Positions 31,974-41,419 of a stretch of 64,000 nucleotides of DNA are shown here, one piece after another. Origin of the DNA: Nitrosopumilus sp. Lineage in GTDB: Archaea > Thermoproteota > Nitrososphaeria > Nitrososphaerales > Nitrosopumilaceae. Each line of letters begins with the position of its first letter. Within the stretch, counting starts at the first letter, position 1. The notes under the pieces are model-generated. The model did not search any database and had not been told where the DNA came from. It worked only from the letters and a program-made list of their open reading frames with translations. A program made the translations under genes and the position numbers. The DNA is taken from the NCBI GenBank assembly GCA_963662625.1, contig OY759726.1, positions 1,664,001 through 1,728,000 on the forward strand. The letters are read 5' to 3'.

Positions 31974-33503
31974 CTATGCCAGCATCAGGAAGACTGGAAC
32001 CGGCACCATGGCATAGTCCGTCCTTACGTCAAGCTCGTCCCTGGTCAGCACGATGCCGCGTCTTGCGCCCGACTTGTCCAGAAAGTGGGTCATGCCGCCG
32101 AGCTCCCTGTGGGCCACCCTGTTCCTGTACTTGACCTCCACCGGGACCTCGAAGCCTTTCTCCTGGTACATCACAAAATCCACCTCCCGGCCGTTCCCGT
32201 CCTTCCAGTGGAAGACCTGGTTGGTATAGTCAAACCCCTGCTTGTTTGCGGCCAGATCGAACGAGAGCCTTGCCAGGTGGTCGGCCACCGCGCCCTCCAC
32301 CACGCCTCCCGTGTTGGCCTGGCTGGCAAGAAACTCCTCGGATGCCTCGAATGGGTCCCTCGTGTTGTGCCACCAGTTGAACACGTGTAGGTAAAACGGA
32401 TCCCGGAAATACAGTTTCTTTTCCTTGGATATGCGCGGCGCCTTTCTCTTCTCCCCGTACCTGTGGATCACGTACACCAGCGAGAGATCGTTTAGTAGCC
32501 ACGTGTAGTCCCGTGCAGCGTCACCGCCATTCAGCTCGGCCCCCAGCCTCAGGCTGTTCCAGGACGTGCCGGATCCCATGCTTCGTATTATGGCACCCGT
32601 CAACTGCTTTAGCAGGACGTCGTTTCTTGATGGGCCCCAGTCCCCCCTGATCCCGTTGAGGTAGCTCAGGTAAAGATCGGACGAGACGAAGTTGGTTCTG
32701 ATCTTCTCGTCCACTATCTTCGGCGTCCCGCCCACCATGAGGTATTCGTGCAGGTGCTCGTTCAGCCGGTCCACGAATCTGCCGTGCAGCAGGTCCGCTC
32801 CCTCGGGGATGTCCCCGGCGGACAGTTGCAGAAAGCCGTCCCTTTGCCTCCCGGGCGCGAGCAAGCGGTGCTCCTGCACAAACCCGCGCACCTCCGCGTC
32901 TCGGATCATCACAAACTCGCAGAACTTCATCGGGGCAAGGACCCTGTCGTAGGGATCCGTCGTCCTTCCCCTCCTGCCTGGCAGCCGTTCTGCCCCGCGC
33001 AGGATGCCTGCCGCCTGCGAGCCCGTGGCCAGTATCGTGCAGTTCTCCACCTTGCCCGAGTCCACCAGCCACTTGATCCCCTTCTGCCAGTCGCCGACCG
33101 AAGTTATCTCGTCCAGGAAGATATACGTCCTGCTTGGGCCCTTCCTGTAGTTTCTGCCCAACCGCAGGTACGACTCGATCACTTCGACCAGCTCGGATTT
33201 TGATCCCGACAGGTCGAAGGAGTAGTAGAGGACGTTCCATGGGTTGACGTGCCTGCGGGTCAAAAAGTCCATTATCTGCAGCTTGATCATGGTGGTCTTT
33301 CCCACCTGTCTCGGCCCGCGTACCGTGTAGATTACCGTGTTGTCCGGCTCAAAGTCGTACCTGATCTGGTGCCTCAGCCGCGGGTCGTACCTTATGGTGG
33401 ATCCTTGCCACTGGACTATCTTGGCATCTTCCTTTATGCCGTTCCCCGTCTTCCACCACGGGTTTGCCTCCCTTATCTGGGTGTCCGTGACCATGGTGCC
33501 CAC
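31974..33503 (-). CDS. AAA_14-type ATPase with C-terminal DUF4143 / PD-(D/E)XK-like domain
   Basis: NPWW, GPRQVGKTT, IFLDEI, TGS, GR, GG.P, KKLYFRDP, EVDFV...PVEVKY. Confidence 0.85.
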   Translation of the reverse strand: MGTMVTDTQIREANPWWKTGNGIKEDAKIVQWQGSTIRYDPRLRHQIRYDFEPDNTVIYTVRGPRQVGKTTMIKLQIMDFLTRRHVNPWNVLYYSFDLSGSKSELVEVIESYLRLGRNYRKGPSRTYIFLDEITSVGDWQKGIKWLVDSGKVENCTILATGSQAAGILRGAERLPGRRGRTTDPYDRVLAPMKFCEFVMIRDAEVRGFVQEHRLLAPGRQRDGFLQLSAGDIPEGADLLHGRFVDRLNEHLHEYLMVGGTPKIVDEKIRTNFVSSDLYLSYLNGIRGDWGPSRNDVLLKQLTGAIIRSMGSGTSWNSLRLGAELNGGDAARDYTWLLNDLSLVYVIHRYGEKRKAPRISKEKKLYFRDPFYLHVFNWWHNTRDPFEASEEFLASQANTGGVVEGAVADHLARLSFDLAANKQGFDYTNQVFHWKDGNGREVDFVMYQEKGFEVPVEVKYRNRVAHRELGGMTHFLDKSGARRGIVLTRDELDVRTDYAMVPVPVFLMLA

Positions 33504-33540
33504 TCGTATAAGTTTTTTATATAGTTGTTGTTAGAACACA

Positions 33541-33606
33541 GTTAACTTCTTTATATGTAAACCAAATGATAGGGTTAACTTCTTTATATATAAGCCAAAT
33601 AACGGG
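33541..33606. repeat. Two tandem AT-rich 33-bp direct repeats upstream of the ATPase
   Basis: GTTAACTTCTTTATAT(G/A)TAA(A/G)CCAAAT... at 33541-33573 and 33574-33606, 28/33 identical. Confidence 0.8.
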
Positions 33607-34117
33607 GACGGCCTTGCTGTGTAGAGATGCCGCAAGCCGGGCAGGCAGGGTCGTGCCGCGCCTAGATGGCCATCGCGTGGATCTCCAAGCCTGCGCCCCT
33701 GATGCCTTCGCCCCGGACCTGCCGCGTACGTCATACTAGCCGGCACGGGCCAGGACATGCCCTGGATCGGCACATCGACAGGTAAAGCCACGGCTTTCCT
33801 GCCATGATCTCCCTGCCTCTCTGCTGTTTATGTGCGTGCTAGTCACAATGGGCATAAACCAGCAAAAAATGCTGAACGTAGCATGGCTAATGGCGGGCGG
33901 CGTGAGCGCGACTCCAGGATCCCGCCGCCGTCCTGCCTCCTGCAGCTCCATGAAAGGCATGCATGGCGTGTGCCGCGGCCTCGGGGCCCCCGGCGCGGCG
34001 TGGGGCGTGCCTGCGCGGCCGCCGCGCCCACGCGGGCCGGGGCCGCGCCTGCCTCTTGCGTGGTCTGGGAATAGTCTCGGTGGCGGCGTGGTGCCAGAAG
34101 CGCGCGGGACTGCCGGA

Positions 34118-34966
34118 TCAGGGCTGGGGGGCCGGAATCTGGGTCTCCAGCATGCCTTCCTCCATCATCTTCTCTCGCAGCATGATCATCCTCTCGAGGT
34201 CCGCCGCGTCGTACCCTTCTGCCAGGCTCTGGTTTACGTGCAGCACCGCCTTGTTGGTGCCCTCGTACGGGCTCCCGACCCTCGCGGGCAGCGCGTCTGC
34301 CTGCTCCTGCAGCACCACCACGGTTCCGGGGGGCACGTACTTTCCGTCCGGTATGGTAACTCCGCCGGTGATCGTGGACGCCACGCCTACCGCCACGTCG
34401 TTTCCTATCTTCGCGTTAAATACGAGGGTCTCCATGCCGATGAACGTGTTGCTCCCTATCCACGTGGGGCCGTGGATCATGGCGCCGTGCGCCAGGCTGG
34501 TGTTGTCCCCCACGTATACGGCGTAGCCGTCGGCGAACGCCGGGTCGCTTCCCATCAGCCTGTCGCCGTCGGCAGAGAACCGGCGGTTGTCGAGGTTCAC
34601 GCCCTCGCTGGTGGTCTCCAGAGCGTGGAGCACCACGCCGTCCTGCATGTTGCTCCCGTCGCCCACGCGGATCGGGGTGCCCTCGTCGCCGCGGCACACC
34701 GCCGTGGGCGCCACGAAGACCATCTTGCCGATGTAGCAGTTCCCTATCACCACCGCGAACGGGTGTATGAACGCCTCCGACTCGATGCCCGGCATGGTCG
34801 TCGAGCTGTTAAAGTCGGTCAGCACGTTCTCGTGGACGTTTGGCCACCCGGCCCCTTTGTCGCTGCCGGCCATAACGTCCGGCCCGCTTTCCGGCCCAGT
34901 CTGGACTATGTAGAACCCCACGACCAGCGCGGCCGCGGCTGACACGGCTATGGTGCTGGCCGCCAT
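34118..34966 (-). CDS. Gamma-class carbonic anhydrase (Cam-like) with N-terminal signal/anchor
   Basis: Hexapeptide repeats, RGDEG.PI.VG..SNMQDGVVLHALE, SLAHGAMIHGP (three Zn-binding His); hydrophobic N-terminus from the ATG at 34966. Confidence 0.88.
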   Translation of the reverse strand: MAASTIAVSAAAALVVGFYIVQTGPESGPDVMAGSDKGAGWPNVHENVLTDFNSSTTMPGIESEAFIHPFAVVIGNCYIGKMVFVAPTAVCRGDEGTPIRVGDGSNMQDGVVLHALETTSEGVNLDNRRFSADGDRLMGSDPAFADGYAVYVGDNTSLAHGAMIHGPTWIGSNTFIGMETLVFNAKIGNDVAVGVASTITGGVTIPDGKYVPPGTVVVLQEQADALPARVGSPYEGTNKAVLHVNQSLAEGYDAADLERMIMLREKMMEEGMLETQIPAPQP

Positions 34967-35212
34967 GGCGGCGTACTTGTTCACGGCTTTCGTGCCATGG
35001 CGCCGTATATTACCTTTGTTGGATCGGGCCGCGGGCCGCACGCCGGGGCAGCCCGCGGCCTGCACCCCGCCCGGACCAGCCATGTTCCAGGATCCCGGTC
35101 TGGGAGCGCGCCTTTTGGGGGCGGCCGCCGCCCTGCAGGGCGCCCGGACGGCGCGGGCCGGAGCGGGGGGCAGTCCGGGGCGTGCCGGCGGGGGCCCGGC
35201 GGCACCGCGCGT

Positions 35213-35581
35213 TCATGGGACGTCCGGCGCCTGATCAAACCGCGCGTTCCACCGCCTTGACCAGCGCCTGATGAGCAAGACCGCCGCTATCCACGTCCCT
35301 GCCGCCAGGGCCAGGGTGAATGCCTGCAGGTCGACCGTGTCGCACGTGTCGAGGAAGAGGAACAGCGCCCAGTTGGGCTCGCACCCGTCCAGATCGACTA
35401 ACGCGCGGTCGGTGTGCCCCATCAGGTGTGGCACCAGGTTCCCCAGCGCGATGACCGGGATCCACACCAGCGCGAGGTACCTCCTCAGCTTCTTGATCCT
35501 GTAGGACGCGAAGAGATCGCCTACCGGAACCAGGACGATCAGCGTCTGGAAAAGCAGGTTGACCCTTCCGCTGGCAGGCAT
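35213..35581 (-). CDS. Small membrane protein of unknown function
   Basis: 122 aa, three hydrophobic segments, YRIKKLR motif, host-like codon usage. Confidence 0.65.
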   Translation of the reverse strand: MPASGRVNLLFQTLIVLVPVGDLFASYRIKKLRRYLALVWIPVIALGNLVPHLMGHTDRALVDLDGCEPNWALFLFLDTCDTVDLQAFTLALAAGTWIAAVLLIRRWSRRWNARFDQAPDVP

Positions 35582-35639
35582 CGCCCCGTGGTGGCGCCGG
35601 CCAGCCTAAATGTGTTCTGCAAATATTAGTCTGTTGAAC

Positions 35640-37035
35640 ACATGATAACCACCCAGGCGTAGTTGCCCCGATGGATAGACCCCTTGTATGGTGTGGGCCG
35701 GGCGCCCTTCGCCATGAATGGGGCAATCCGAGATGCTGTGTGACTGGGCCGGGCGCCCTGATGGGCGTGTGCAGCTTCCGGCCCGTCAGGCATCCGAAAG
35801 GAGGTGGTAGGAAAGGATGAGAAAACCAAGCATAGGGACGGGCATGGGGAAGAAAAAGTGCGAGCGTGTGTGGTGGACGATACAGGGAAGTTCCCCTAGA
35901 GGGGGCAGTACCCCAATACCCGGTACGGCGCGGGGAAGTTCGCAGGGGCGATGGAGCGCAGGTACCTGGGCGGCGGCCCCTGCAGGCCGCCCGCGGGACG
36001 ACTGGCAACACGCGGGACAGGACGCCTAGTGCCTCCGGGACGGCCGGGACCGGCATCAAACCGGCCAACACGCACAGGACGGCCCTGATAGCCTGGACCG
36101 CCAAGACCGGCAGGATTGACGCAGAGAATATGGCGCAGGTGCCGGGGACGGGCATGGTGCCGGAGCGCTGCGTCCCCACGGGCCACGCCAGGGGGATGCG
36201 CGCGATGGCCGGGCAGGGGGCCGGGATGGCCCGGGACAGGACGCGCGTGGCAAGCCGCGCCCGCAGCCTCCCGGGCCGCCACGACGCCAAAATTGACGCC
36301 CCCGTCATGCACTCCGAAAGGGCCCTGGGGCAGCCGGAGTCCGCGGGGCCGGGCCCCGGGCACGACGGGTCGGTCCTGGGCCGGCGCGCCCGGCAGGCGG
36401 GGCACCTGACGGTGGAGATCTCCGTGACGGGGGGCTCCCCGGGACGGGGGCCGCCCACAGCGGCGACGCGAGGCTGCCGGTCGGCATGACCGGCGTCGGC
36501 GCGTTCACCGCGGTGCTGATGGCCCCCGGGATCGGGGGACGTCCCCGGGTCCGGGGGGGGGCCAAGGCAGGAGGCATCGTGGGCCGGGACGTTCCCGGCG
36601 GCCTGCCAGTCGGGGAACCGGCTGCGCGCGGGGAGGATCAAGAAGATCGATCCCGGCAGCCTGGCCAGCCGGGCCATACGCGGGGCCGCGAACACCGCCG
36701 CGCGGCACGACGCCAGGATGGAAGCAGTGTACGCGTCCGCGCGCCGGATGCACGCGGACGAGCACGGGCCGGCCATAATCGTGGCGGCCCACAAGATGGT
36801 CGCCATGATGTGGCATGTGCCGGCCACCGGGACGCTCCATGGGTCCCGCAACGGGGGGCCGTGCCGGAGCAAGCTGGCCGGGACGGGGAAGACGCGCCGG
36901 GGGCGGCCCCCCGTGCTGCCCGCATCCCGGACCGTCTTGCCGGCGCTGGCCATGAATCCCATGCCATGCAACCCAGGCACGGATCGGAAAAGCCGCGGGA
37001 TGCATTGCGGCAGCTACGCCTGGGTGGTTAACATA
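35640..37035 (+). mobile_element. IS110-family element (subterminal IRs, IS1111-like) with frameshifted transposase pseudogene (~35817-36900)
   Basis: Fragments across frames: SIG.GMGKKKC, KTGRIDAE..A, MTGVGAFTA.LMA, AIIVAAHKMVAMMWH. IRs TAACCACCCAGGCGTAG(T/C)TGCC at 35646-35667 and 37009-37030 (21/22). Confidence 0.8.
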
Positions 37036-37135
37036 GGAGCGCCACTCTGCCTTGCGCAGGATGTGGGATCTTGGGTATCTTGCACGTAGATCTTGTTCTA
37101 CGAGTGGCAGGCTTGGACGTGCGGTACAGCCGTGT

Positions 37136-38803
37136 CTACCCCCACCCCAGGACGTCGTGGTACGGCTTTGGGACCAGATCCCTCGAGTCGTTGAGCAGCG
37201 GCTCCACGGCCGAGTCCAGCACGTACGTCACGGCCCAGTCGCGCCTGCCCCTGACGGAGCGGCCGAGCCCCTGCAGGATCTTCGTGACCACCTGCGACCG
37301 GTACCAGAGCGGGTACCTGCTCATCTTGGCCGCCACCCACCTTTCAGTCGGGTTCGGGAACGGCGCCTTGGCTATCACCTGGAACCTGGACAGGTCGTCC
37401 TTCAGGTCCACGCCCTGCCAGAGGGACGACGACACTAGGACGCCGTTGTCCGACTCTGCGTGCTCCCTGATGATGTCCCTCTGCGTCCTCCCGCCGGGGT
37501 TCGTGGCGTGGCAGATCCTGACGCGCTCCCGGTTCCCCGGGGACACGTTCTCCGAGATGTCGACGCACCTGGCAACCGACGAAGTCAGGATCAGGCCCCT
37601 CTGGTCCCCGTGCCTTGACAGTATCTGGTCGATCTTCTCCCACACGATTCCCTCCACCCCGCGGGGGCTCCGGTGGCTGAGTTTCGCGGCGTTCACAAAC
37701 TCCACCCTGCGGTTCTCGGGGGGAAACGGCGAGCGGGGGGTCTCCACCAGCGCCACCTCGTCTGGCTGGATCCCGGTGTTCTGGCAGAACGATTCCTTGT
37801 CCACCGTGGCGGACATGAAGATCTGGTACGGCGTGACGATGAAGCGCTCGACGTACCGCGAGATGTCCAGGGGCCTTATCTCGACCGACTCGAACCTCCC
37901 GCCGTCGTAGGCCGCCTCGTTGATGATGAAGTTCCCCGGGTCGGAGGACACCTCGAACCTGGCGTCGGCGAACGCCTCGTGCATCCTGTCCAGCCGGCTC
38001 ACCGCGCCGTAGTCGGGGCGCCTCCGGAACGCCTCGCTCTCCCGTACCTCCATGGCCTTGCGCGCGTATGGCCTCGCCATGTCGTCGAGCAGCGCGGCGA
38101 CGGAATCGGTGTCGGACAGGCGGCGCGGCTCTACCCTGATCCCGCACTCGCCCGCGTGCCCCCGGCACACCCTGATCCCGACGAACCGCATGATCTGGTC
38201 CTCCATCGAGTGGGATTCGTCGAACACCGAGATCACCCTGTCCCTGAGGTAGTCGCCGTACGGCCCCTGGTTGTGCTTGACTACCTGGAAGTATGAGTAA
38301 TAGTTCCACACCGAGTGGTCCGCCAGCAGCGCGGAGAACTTTTGCTCGTAGTAGGGGCAGACGATCTCGTCGAACGTCCCGTCCTTGTACTGGACTATGT
38401 GCGGCTTGAACTTGCAGTTTTTCCGCCGCCCGTCCTCGGACGCCTCCTCGCACTCGCCCTTGTCGCCGGTCAGCCCCCGGGCCATAGCCGTCCCGTACTC
38501 CTGCAGGTCGATCCCCTCCTGCTCCATCGCCTTGAAGCAGGGGAAGTTGGCCTTGCCTTTTGCCGGCACCGCCTCGAAGTCGCTGGCGTACTGATCCTGG
38601 AGGTGCCTCGACGCCGTGACGACGAAGGACCTCTGGTAGCTCCTCGCCAGGGCCATGGCGATGGCGGACTTGCCTATCCCGGTGGGAGCTGAGAGCAGGA
38701 TCCTCCTGTACCCGGACTTTAGGCGTTGCTGTATCTCGTCGAGTATCTCCCTTTGGGAGTCCCTTATCTGAAACTGCGGAGGGAAGTTGTCCGAAAGGCT
38801 CAG
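37136..38803 (-). CDS. DinG/XPD(Rad3)-like SF2 helicase
   Basis: The frame is open upstream of the ATG at 38656 and includes Walker A SAPTGIGKS; Cys cluster, DESH, QGVD, QGLGRSVRG. The only plausible start is CTG at 38803. Confidence 0.85.
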   Translation of the reverse strand: MSLSDNFPPQFQIRDSQREILDEIQQRLKSGYRRILLSAPTGIGKSAIAMALARSYQRSFVVTASRHLQDQYASDFEAVPAKGKANFPCFKAMEQEGIDLQEYGTAMARGLTGDKGECEEASEDGRRKNCKFKPHIVQYKDGTFDEIVCPYYEQKFSALLADHSVWNYYSYFQVVKHNQGPYGDYLRDRVISVFDESHSMEDQIMRFVGIRVCRGHAGECGIRVEPRRLSDTDSVAALLDDMARPYARKAMEVRESEAFRRRPDYGAVSRLDRMHEAFADARFEVSSDPGNFIINEAAYDGGRFESVEIRPLDISRYVERFIVTPYQIFMSATVDKESFCQNTGIQPDEVALVETPRSPFPPENRRVEFVNAAKLSHRSPRGVEGIVWEKIDQILSRHGDQRGLILTSSVARCVDISENVSPGNRERVRICHATNPGGRTQRDIIREHAESDNGVLVSSSLWQGVDLKDDLSRFQVIAKAPFPNPTERWVAAKMSRYPLWYRSQVVTKILQGLGRSVRGRRDWAVTYVLDSAVEPLLNDSRDLVPKPYHDVLGWG

Positions 38804-38885
38804 GGATCAGGTTTGGCCCCATGTTTAAAATACTTGCCCCCAAAACCCGCCCAACCCTTAATTCGGATGCCCCCGCACGCAGGGC

Positions 38886-39602
38886 ATGGCCGTGATATAT
38901 GGCGCCGCGGACAGCGAGGTGCGACTCCTCGGCCTGTACCCCGGGCACATCAGGGGGATTGGCGACATAGCCAGGGCCGAGGCCAGGGTGCGGGAGGGGC
39001 TTGGGGAAGGCGCGGCTGGGCTGCTGGCGAGGATCAGGCGGTGGCGGCTGAAGCGGCAGCATGTCCAGCTTGAAAGGAACAGGTCCTCCCCGTACCACGC
39101 GGGGGCCGTCGGGGAGAACAGGGCCATCGGCGTGCTGTCGCGGCTGGGCGACGGATACCACGTGTTGTGCGGCGTGAGGATCAACCTGCCGTACTTTATC
39201 TCGTACGGCGGGCGGAAGAACCTCGGGTCGGCCCAGATCGACTTCGTCGTGGTCTCTAGGAATGGGGTGTTCGTGGTGGAGGTGAAGAACTGGAGCGACG
39301 ATTACGTCCGCAGGGGGGGCTATTTCAGCCCCCACGAGCAGGCCGGGCGCGCGGGCCGGCTGCTGTGGCACGTCCTAAAGTCGTGGAGGAACGTGCCGGG
39401 TAGGGTGACCAGCGTGGTGCTGTCGATCCGGGGCAACATCAGGTACGACCCGGATCACAGGGCGGTCTTCGTAGCAGACCTTGGCAACATAAACAGGCTC
39501 CTGGAGGGCGGTAGGGACGAGATATCCGAAGTGGACGTCGGGAGGATCGTGGCGCGGCTCAGGGGGCACGTGGCGATGCCCGATCGCGTGAGCAGGGCGT
39601 AA
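38886..39602 (+). CDS. NERD-domain nuclease-related protein
   Basis: GAVGE..., QIDFVVVS.NGVFVVEVKNWS, SP.EQ motifs. Confidence 0.85.
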   Translation: MAVIYGAADSEVRLLGLYPGHIRGIGDIARAEARVREGLGEGAAGLLARIRRWRLKRQHVQLERNRSSPYHAGAVGENRAIGVLSRLGDGYHVLCGVRINLPYFISYGGRKNLGSAQIDFVVVSRNGVFVVEVKNWSDDYVRRGGYFSPHEQAGRAGRLLWHVLKSWRNVPGRVTSVVLSIRGNIRYDPDHRAVFVADLGNINRLLEGGRDEISEVDVGRIVARLRGHVAMPDRVSRA

Positions 39603-39845
39603 CGTACCGGCGACGCGCCGCTTGGGATTTTCTGCGGGGGCCGCGCGCGGATCTTCCATGATCGCGCGCGGGCCGGCCGCCCTAACCGCGGGTGGCCTTT
39701 GCCGCAGCATGCCCGGAACCGGGCTTCCCAATTCTGCGTGTCGGGGAAGGGGGACGACCTGAGGGGCCAGACGCGGGCCGCCTTGCAGCTCTGTTTCCAG
39801 CCAGCCCGGCTACAGGAAGGGGGAGGTGCTCTCGGGCCGCTCGGA

Positions 39846-40787
39846 TCAGGATCCGTGCCAGTAACAATTCACGGCGTCAGACAAGTCGTTGTACTCGTTG
39901 ACCATCGGATCCAGCTTGCTAACCAACCTGTTGTACTCGTCGACCACCGGGGCCATCGTGCTGTTGAACCTGACTGAGCTTGGCGAATACTCGCCAGACT
40001 CGTATTCCCCCCGTGTCATGCCCCACTGTTCTATTGTGCCGACGTATTCCGCATCCACCGCAGACAGCCTCGCCTCCAAGGGGGCCATGGCCGCGTCCAG
40101 ATCGCCCAGCCTGTCCCGGAGCGGCCCCTCGCCCACAAAATACGCCGTCTCCGAGCTACCTGGTATGTTGTATCCCAGCGTCTGAAAGTCATCTTGGACG
40201 AATTCGTCGTCGCCGTACATCAGGTGGCCTTCGTCTGAGTGGTGCTCGAGCCCCAGCATGTGGCCTATTTCATGCATCGTCGTCTCAGCTATCGCGTCCT
40301 TCCCCCACTGCACGTACCTGCCGTTGCAGTCGTAATCGCCAAGGTGGATGGTTATCGTGCCCCTGTTTCTCCCAGTGCTTTCTGCCAGGCCGACATGATC
40401 CAGCGCGGGTTCGGTCTCCCACCGTATGTTGATGTCGGCGCTACCGTCGGACCTCTCAAAGTCCAGCGCCTCGTTTTCCTGCTCCCATGCTTCAAAGCCC
40501 TCCTCGACTCCTGAAATGACCACTTCCTTGTACTGGATCTCCGGCAATGCGGTAGCGTCCCACGTTATCGTCCCTGGGCTGTCCACAGCCGCACCCGTGC
40601 CGGAATCCCGCGAATCCTGCGGGTCGGTCGTGGCAGACAGCCCGGCGCCACTGCCGGGGCGGACACCCGTACCGGAATCTTGAGGATCCTGCGGTCCGGG
40701 CCCTGAATTGTGCGCCCCGAACACGGCCAAGGCGCCAAAGAGGGCCGCGATTGCCACGACCACAGCCACCTTCCTGCCCATTGCCAT
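39846..40787 (-). CDS. Secreted matrixin-type zinc metalloprotease
   Basis: Signal peptide MAMGRKVAVVVAIAALFGALAVFG; HEIGHMLGLEH plus Met-turn LMY. Confidence 0.85.
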   Translation of the reverse strand: MAMGRKVAVVVAIAALFGALAVFGAHNSGPGPQDPQDSGTGVRPGSGAGLSATTDPQDSRDSGTGAAVDSPGTITWDATALPEIQYKEVVISGVEEGFEAWEQENEALDFERSDGSADINIRWETEPALDHVGLAESTGRNRGTITIHLGDYDCNGRYVQWGKDAIAETTMHEIGHMLGLEHHSDEGHLMYGDDEFVQDDFQTLGYNIPGSSETAYFVGEGPLRDRLGDLDAAMAPLEARLSAVDAEYVGTIEQWGMTRGEYESGEYSPSSVRFNSTMAPVVDEYNRLVSKLDPMVNEYNDLSDAVNCYWHGS

Positions 40788-41003
40788 GTTGCCAGCGCGG
40801 ACGGAATCTAAAGGTTGTGACGGAGTTAGCCTGCCGCACAATTGCCATAAATTGCCGGGTCTGAACAATTGAGCCACTTGGTATGTCGCACAACCCCGTC
40901 CATACCCGTCCCCGCGGGGCTGTCTTTCGTGCCTGGAAGTCAGGCCATGCGACAGGCCGCGCCGTGCCATGTTTTTACACCTAACACGAATGCCCCCAAG
41001 CGC

Positions 41004-41410
41004 GTGAGATTCCGGGTTTTCATAAGGCGGGACGAGGATGGCGTTTTCGTCTCCGAGGCTCTGGGGCTGCCAAGATGCTTAGCCTAGGGTGATGCGAGGG
41101 AAGGTGCAATAACCGACATCAAGGATGCCATTTCAGGACACATGTCCAGTCTGAAGAGGCACGGCGAACCGATCCCGCTGCGGTTGACGCAGATGCCGTA
41201 GAGGCACCCGTCTAAGTCCCCGGCCGCCCACGCAGGGGAACTGCCGAAGGCGCTTGGCAAGATCGGGCATCCAGTCGATCACCGGACTGGAAGCCCCATA
41301 ATCCTGAAAAACGGGAACTGCCTGCACAGAAGGATAACCACATGGCGCCGGGCACGGGCTCCGGAGATCGATCTTGCCAGACCGGGACAAATCCTGATCG
41401 CGGCTTTTCG
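41004..41410 (+). pseudogene. hicB-hicA pseudogene pair
   Basis: HicB VFIRRDEDGVFV....LPRCLA*GD.REGAI.DIKDAI has TAG at 41085 where Gln is expected. HicA SK.P...AGEL.KALGKIG..VDHRTGSPIIL has its catalytic His changed to Pro and no start codon. Confidence 0.75.
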
Positions 41411-41419
41411 GGAGCCACA

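Noticed and set aside
35627-35640. TAGTCTGTTG matching the IS5 TIR just left of the IS110 element (targeting of IS ends)
   Set aside because: Only 10 bp match and the right flank does not continue the IS5 sequence.
41085-41087. In-frame TAG in hicB as pyrrolysine or readthrough recoding
   Set aside because: The partner hicA is also degraded, and TAG is used as a normal stop elsewhere in the window.
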